The notes under the pieces: model-generated
The model's database searches: none
What the model was told of the DNA's origin: nothing
The model's input: only the letters and a program-made list of their open reading frames with translations
Source of the DNA: Candidatus Magasanikiibacteriota bacterium
GTDB taxonomy: Bacteria > Patescibacteriota > Patescibacteriia > Magasanikbacterales > UBA922
DNA: 64,000 nucleotides
Reading direction: 5' to 3'
Assembly: GCA_021648085.1 (NCBI GenBank)
Contig: JAKITS010000001.1
Location: 132,948-196,947, forward strand
In this document: positions 59,511-64,000 of the stretch, in pieces
Numbering within the stretch: position 1 is the first letter of the stretch
Layout of the letters: each line of letters opens with the position of its first letter
Made by a program: the position numbers and the translations under genes

Positions 59511-61545
59511 TAAGTTTGTCTACCAAATTTTTAATCATTCCGCGGAAGCCGTGGGAACCTAGGAAAACTATAACATTTCCAGCTTCACTATTTTTTTCTA
59601 AATATTCTAGAAGTTCAGCGTCTTGCTCTAAATATAAAACATTGTTGTGAGTTTTCTTTATAATTTCTGCCAATTCTTTTCCGTCTGCAGGTTTACTTTC
59701 TTCGCTGGCAGATTTTACTTTTGTAAGTCTTGGGATGATTACAGTATCCGCATTTTCAAAAGCATTGTCATAAAAAGGAAAAGACTGACTTTTTCTATTT
59801 CCTGTATTTGGTTCGTAAATTGCAATAACTTTTTCAGAATAAAGCTTTTTGAGTGTGGATAATACAGAAATTGCTTTTGTAGGTGAGTGGGAGATATCGT
59901 CGTAAATATCTATTTCTCCACTAAATCTTTTTTCTAATCTTCTTTTTATTCCACGGAAACTTCCCAGTGCGTTTATTATTTTTTCTGGTTCAATTCCAGT
60001 TTGGTGCGCCATAGCAAAACATCCGCAGATATTTTCTGCCATATATTCTCCAATAATTGGCAGTATTATTTTGTAAATTTCTCTATTGTGGATAATATCA
60101 AAACTTAAACCTTCTTTTGTTTGAACTATGTTTTTATAGCTATAATCGTTTTCTACAGATTCACCATATTTTATCAATTTTCCACTGTATTCTTCTAAAA
60201 CTTCGGCAATATTTTTTCCATCTGTACAAGCCACAAGAAGCCCATTTTCTGGAATCATTTTTACTAAATTTTTGAAAGCATTTTTGTAATCTTTTTCTGT
60301 TGGGTAAATATCTGCATGATCCCAAGCTGAGGCTGTCAAAAGTACATGAGTGGGGGAATAAAGACTAAATTTTGGCTTTATATCCCAGCGAGCAGTTTTA
60401 TATTCATCACCTTCCAAAATACTCCATTTTCCGTCTGTAATTTCTGCACTTTCCTTCATATTTGCAGAAAGCCCACCAAACATATAGCTTGGGTTCATTT
60501 CTGAATTTTTGAAAATCCAAGTCAAAAGTGTTGTGTTTGAAGTTTTTCCATAAGTTCCTGCGCAAACAAGTGAATTTTCTTTCAAAAAATATTTTGCAAT
60601 TACTTCTGGATAAGACATATATGGAATTTTATTTTCCAAAACAAACTTCCATTCTGCATTTGTAGAACTTGCTACATTTCCCACAACTACCAAATCTGGA
60701 TTTCCATTTGCTGCCATTTTTTCTGGATGCCAGCCTGGGTAAAATGTCACCTGCTTTTCTTTTAAGTGTGTAGAAATTGGTGGAAAAAATCCAGCATCAC
60801 TTCCTGTGACAGCCCAACCTTTTTTCTTGAATGCAATTGCCAGAGCGCTCATGGCAACTCCACAAATTCCTATGAAATGTATGTGTTTTGGTTTTTTTAC
60901 TAATATCTCTTTCAATTTTTCTAAATCATCACTCCAATTTTCTCCATCAAACCATTCCAAACCTTTAAATTGTAATTTGTAAATATCGGTTGGTCTTTGT
61001 GCTGAGCCCAAATAAATATATTTTGCACCAATAGTTTTGGCGTATTCAATAGCTTTTAGCATCATCCCCATTCCTGTATTTTTGTTGTCTGTATTCAAAT
61101 TGTAAAAAGGATAAGAATAGTGAAATATTTCTGAATTTTCATAAGCTATACAATATCCAACAGGTTCGTTGTTTGTGGTGTATTTAAAAACTTTATTGAA
61201 ATTGCTTTTTTCTGGATTTGTAAAAATTTCTTTGATTTTGTTTGCGCTAAAAACCCCTTCACCAAACTTAGTTTCGTAAAAATCTTTACCCATTTTGTGA
61301 ATATTCCAATGATAATTTTCAAGTGGTAAATTTTTAAGCTCAAGATGTATTTCTTCTGTTTTTCTGAGTATTCTACGATTTTCGCTAGACAATTCAAATT
61401 TACTTAAATCAATACGAACACTACGAGTTTTGTTCATCAATCCTTTTTCTACGCGTGTAAAAACATAACCTTGGTTGTACAAAGAGTTTATGTTTTCTTC
61501 GCTAAAATCATTTATATTTTTTTCGTCCCAAGACAGGTATTTCAT
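59500..61545 (-). CDS. Fusion: aminoacyl-tRNA-protein transferase-like (ATE/Bpt GNAT) domain plus Mpl/MurC-family murein peptide ligase
   Basis: N-terminus: LYNQG..R, RIDLSKFELS..NRRILRK, YPFY, YIYLG, YKLQF; C-terminus: HIHFIGICGVAM, TGSD..FPP, VVGN, GTYGKTS, EGDEY, DHADIY, KRRLE; ATG 2 nt after mraY stop. Confidence 0.8.
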   Translation of the reverse strand: MKYLSWDEKNINDFSEENINSLYNQGYVFTRVEKGLMNKTRSVRIDLSKFELSSENRRILRKTEEIHLELKNLPLENYHWNIHKMGKDFYETKFGEGVFSANKIKEIFTNPEKSNFNKVFKYTTNNEPVGYCIAYENSEIFHYSYPFYNLNTDNKNTGMGMMLKAIEYAKTIGAKYIYLGSAQRPTDIYKLQFKGLEWFDGENWSDDLEKLKEILVKKPKHIHFIGICGVAMSALAIAFKKKGWAVTGSDAGFFPPISTHLKEKQVTFYPGWHPEKMAANGNPDLVVVGNVASSTNAEWKFVLENKIPYMSYPEVIAKYFLKENSLVCAGTYGKTSNTTLLTWIFKNSEMNPSYMFGGLSANMKESAEITDGKWSILEGDEYKTARWDIKPKFSLYSPTHVLLTASAWDHADIYPTEKDYKNAFKNLVKMIPENGLLVACTDGKNIAEVLEEYSGKLIKYGESVENDYSYKNIVQTKEGLSFDIIHNREIYKIILPIIGEYMAENICGCFAMAHQTGIEPEKIINALGSFRGIKRRLEKRFSGEIDIYDDISHSPTKAISVLSTLKKLYSEKVIAIYEPNTGNRKSQSFPFYDNAFENADTVIIPRLTKVKSASEESKPADGKELAEIIKKTHNNVLYLEQDAELLEYLEKNSEAGNVIVFLGSHGFRGMIKNLVDKLTSS

Positions 61546-61547
61546 AA

Positions 61548-62678
61548 TTAAAACAGCGCTATCCAAATACTAAGCATTACAAAAGCTAAGTGAATCATCC
61601 AAAAACGCATTACGGTTTTTTCTTCCTTCCAACCACGAAGTTCAAAGTGGTGGTGAATCGGTGCCATTTTGAAAATTCTTCTGCCAAGTGTATAACGACC
61701 TCCAACTTGTATGATTACACTCAATAATTCTATATAAAAAATAAATGCCAAAAATGGTAAAAGTAACATTTTGTTTATAACGATTGCGTTGATAGCCAGC
61801 AGTGCTCCAAGCCCAAGAGAGCCAACATCTCCCATTTGAAATCTAGCTGGTTTGATGTTGAAATAAGTATAAGTAATCAATGCGCCAACGGTCGTAGCGT
61901 TTAAAATTGTAATTTCTTCGTATCCAATAATCCAACTCAAAACTGTGAGTGCCATGAAAGTTGTGATAAGAGAGCCACCAGCCAAACCATCCATACCGTC
62001 TGCTACATTTACTGCGTTTGCTGTGAACATTACAAAAAGGATAATAAGAGGGATTATCCACCAGCCAATATTCAAAAATCCATCGAACGGGATGTAAATT
62101 TCTCGCCAATGCTCGCCAAGTTTAAAGTAAATCCAATATGCTGTAATTGCACCAGCTATAAATTGTAAGATTAATTTTTCGTGAACATGTACACCTTTTC
62201 CTGGGTGAGAACCAAGCCAAAGTGTAGCTCTTTTGAAAACTGTCCATGGAAAAGTGATTGCAAACCAAATTCTATGACTTATTTTTTTGTGAACACGAAT
62301 TAGTTTTAAAATATGTTTTACGGTTCTGTGTTTTCTTTTTTGTCCAAAAATATTCATGATGTCGTCTAGTGCTCCCAAAGTCGCAGCCAAAAGCATGACA
62401 CCAATTGGAACCCAAGTAAACTCACGCTCCCAATTGAACAGCATTGTGATTATTGCGACTGTGATAATTACGAGTAATCCACCCATCACTGGAACACCAA
62501 CTTTACTTTTTCTAGCTCCCATCGCAAGTGTTGCATCGTATTCAGCTCTTCTGGTTATTTTGTATTTGTACAAAAATTTTGTAAGAAGTGGTGCCCACAA
62601 AAAAGCAATAAAGCACGAAACAAGACCGAATCCAACGGCCGTTTTAAGTAAGTCTAATGATTCTGGTGCTATAGTCAT
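61548..62678 (-). CDS. mraY: Phospho-N-acetylmuramoyl-pentapeptide transferase, with a long loop insertion
   Basis: K.GVPVMGG, LDD, NAVNVADGMDGLA, QMGDVGSL, FKMAPIHHHFE. Confidence 0.92.
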   Translation of the reverse strand: MTIAPESLDLLKTAVGFGLVSCFIAFLWAPLLTKFLYKYKITRRAEYDATLAMGARKSKVGVPVMGGLLVIITVAIITMLFNWEREFTWVPIGVMLLAATLGALDDIMNIFGQKRKHRTVKHILKLIRVHKKISHRIWFAITFPWTVFKRATLWLGSHPGKGVHVHEKLILQFIAGAITAYWIYFKLGEHWREIYIPFDGFLNIGWWIIPLIILFVMFTANAVNVADGMDGLAGGSLITTFMALTVLSWIIGYEEITILNATTVGALITYTYFNIKPARFQMGDVGSLGLGALLAINAIVINKMLLLPFLAFIFYIELLSVIIQVGGRYTLGRRIFKMAPIHHHFELRGWKEEKTVMRFWMIHLAFVMLSIWIALF

Positions 62679-62697
62679 AATTGGTAAATTTTAACGC

Positions 62698-62860
62698 TAA
62701 GAATTTATTTAATCTTTTTTTTAGGTCAGTTTTATTATATTTTGAGCGAAAACATTATAAAAAAGTGAAAAATAGCAGTACTATATTGAACTTTTTTAGA
62801 ATTTTTGTAGCAAAAATAGAGTAAAGAGGAGCTAAGAAAGAAATTTTAAATGCATTTTTA
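62698..62860. mobile_element. Second, more degenerate TA-bounded palindromic MITE-like element (163 bp)
   Basis: Imperfect terminal and nested IRs; shares ATTTTGAGCGAAA and TTGTAG with 40626-40786. Confidence 0.45.
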
Positions 62861-62968
62861 CTATAGTGAAATAGTATCAAAAAGTAGTGTTTTTTACAAG
62901 TTGACCTTGATTTTTTTGTAAATATATGATAGATTGCATAGAACACTCTCAAACAAAAGGAGAAAATC

Positions 62969-63163
62969 ATGAAAAAAAGTAAAGACATGGATGTGAGTGG
63001 TCAGGAAAAAGGTGTAAAATGGATTTGTAGGTGTACTGTTCTTTGTCTAGTAGCACTCCTTGTTTATAAAATTATTATAGGAGATACTAACGATATTCAT
63101 TTTTTTTGGGAAAAGAAAAATATGTTGGAAGTATTTGCCAACCATATAAAAAACTTGCATTAA
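62969..63163 (+). CDS. Small single-TM protein, hypothetical
   Basis: AAGGAG SD, upstream TTGACC-18-TATGAT, terminator hairpin AAAACTTGCA/TGCAAGTTTT over the stop. Confidence 0.55.
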   Translation: MKKSKDMDVSGQEKGVKWICRCTVLCLVALLVYKIIIGDTNDIHFFWEKKNMLEVFANHIKNLH

Positions 63164-63205
63164 TTTGCAAGTTTTATTTTTGTATAAAATTTGTTAATCA
63201 AAATA

Positions 63206-63330
63206 GGGGATCCTTCGACTGTCGCTTAGGATGACGTGGTAATATTACGTCATATTGAGCGAAGTGAAACGGAGTCGAAATATCCCCATGCAATATCACA
63301 AAATATAAATAATAAAATTAAACGTCAGTC
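63206..63330. repeat. REP family A back-to-back pair with conserved linker
   Basis: GGGGATCCTTCGACTGTCGCTTAGGATGAC and GTCATATTGAGCGAAGTGAAACGGAGTCGAAATATCCCC. Confidence 0.8.
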
Positions 63331-63362
63331 CTTTATTTTTCTAACCTAAATAAGGTGATCTA

Positions 63363-64000
63363 TTATTTTTGAAAAGCTGTCAAGCGTCTTATCCCAAACC
63401 ATTTTGCATCTGTAAATCTTTGAAGGGTTTCGTTTTCTTTTCCTGTCTTTTTATTTTCAGTCCATTTTTGTTCCAAAATGGATTTTTTGGGATCAGATAT
63501 TTCTATTGTGCCTTCTTTTATTCCATGACTAGGGTTTGTATCGACAGACCATTTTAGTGAGTGAGTATAGTGAATAATTGTCGGTAGATCATTTTCATAG
63601 CCAACTTTGTGTGCAATCAAAACATGATCAAAACTATTTTTTTCTCCAGCGCCGGTAAGTGCAATTAAATCTCCTGGCTCTACTTGGCTTAGCATTACCT
63701 CAAAACTATTTTTGTTGTGTACTAGATTTTTTACATTTGTATTTTCTATTGGTCTAAATTGAGCCAAAATTTTGCGCAACGGATTTTTTATCAAAGGAAA
63801 TCTTAGGTGTCTTTTTAATCCACCAAGTTTGCGAGATTTTATCTCTGCGTCCAAAACATAAAAAACAAAACCAGAGCAGTCTATTCCAATATTGTTATCT
63901 ACAAAAAATTGATTTAATGTTTTTTTGTCCAACTTTTTCAAATCAACTTTTTTTCGTAATGCCAATAGTTCAATCTCTTTTTTTATATCTTCCGGACTTC
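63363..64000 (-). CDS. NlpC/P60-like cysteine hydrolase, truncated by window end
   Basis: GIDCSGF, PGDLI, DHV, HS; frame stays open to base 64000. Confidence 0.7.
   Translation of the reverse strand, partial: SPEDIKKEIELLALRKKVDLKKLDKKTLNQFFVDNNIGIDCSGFVFYVLDAEIKSRKLGGLKRHLRFPLIKNPLRKILAQFRPIENTNVKNLVHNKNSFEVMLSQVEPGDLIALTGAGEKNSFDHVLIAHKVGYENDLPTIIHYTHSLKWSVDTNPSHGIKEGTIEISDPKKSILEQKWTENKKTGKENETLQRFTDAKWFGIRRLTAFQK

Noticed and set aside
6035-63557. Numerous short antisense or out-of-frame ORFs in the track (e.g. 6035-6361, 17500-17730, 29277-29546, 39750-39980, 50118-50303, 54239-54670, 62755-62988)
   Set aside because: They overlap well-supported genes or repeats, lack motifs, and are expected shadows of codon bias
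1-64000. Alternative genetic code (TGA read as Gly) as in Gracilibacteria/Absconditabacteria
   Set aside because: Conserved genes are full length under code 11 and TGA serves as stop in ATGA overlaps (1745-1748, 8220-8223, 12731-12734, 14360-14363, 49187-49190)

Overview
AT-rich bacterial chromosome segment read with genetic code 11. Gene content (archaeal-type PyrH, Elp3, split ComEC, PilT, core genes without Shine-Dalgarno sites) suggests a Patescibacteria/CPR genome; this is an inference. 1-24.4 kb: large surface-glycan locus (flippase end, LicD, many GT2/GT4/GT11 enzymes, methyltransferases, HAD-cupin, NTP transferase, GDPD, WavE-like, radical SAM, priming sugar transferase) plus an S8 protease. 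24.4-27.9 kb: YtxH-like, pilT, PBP, tRNA-Glu and tRNA-Met. 27.9-35.8 kb: defence island (RhuM, RadC, DUF4297-HerA, Sau3AI-type R-M, HTH and HsdR relics) bracketed by a duplicated terminator. 35.8-56.3 kb: housekeeping genes (hup, rny, truB, ppa, infB, trxA, gdhA, leuS, comEC, dsbB-like, pyrH, tsaE, glyA, elp3). 56.5-64 kb is the most unusual part: a PLP enzyme, a promoter- and terminator-bounded structured ncRNA candidate of about 300 nt, an unannotated LysW-like zinc-ribbon protein ending DEGK, a lipoprotein, and an aminoacyl-tRNA-protein transferase (ATE/Bpt-like)-Mpl fusion coupled to an atypical mraY near an NlpC/P60-like gene. Intergenic spaces carry two REP families and ~162-bp TA-bounded palindromic MITE-like elements. 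All calls come from reading motifs by eye; no searches or folding programs were run.
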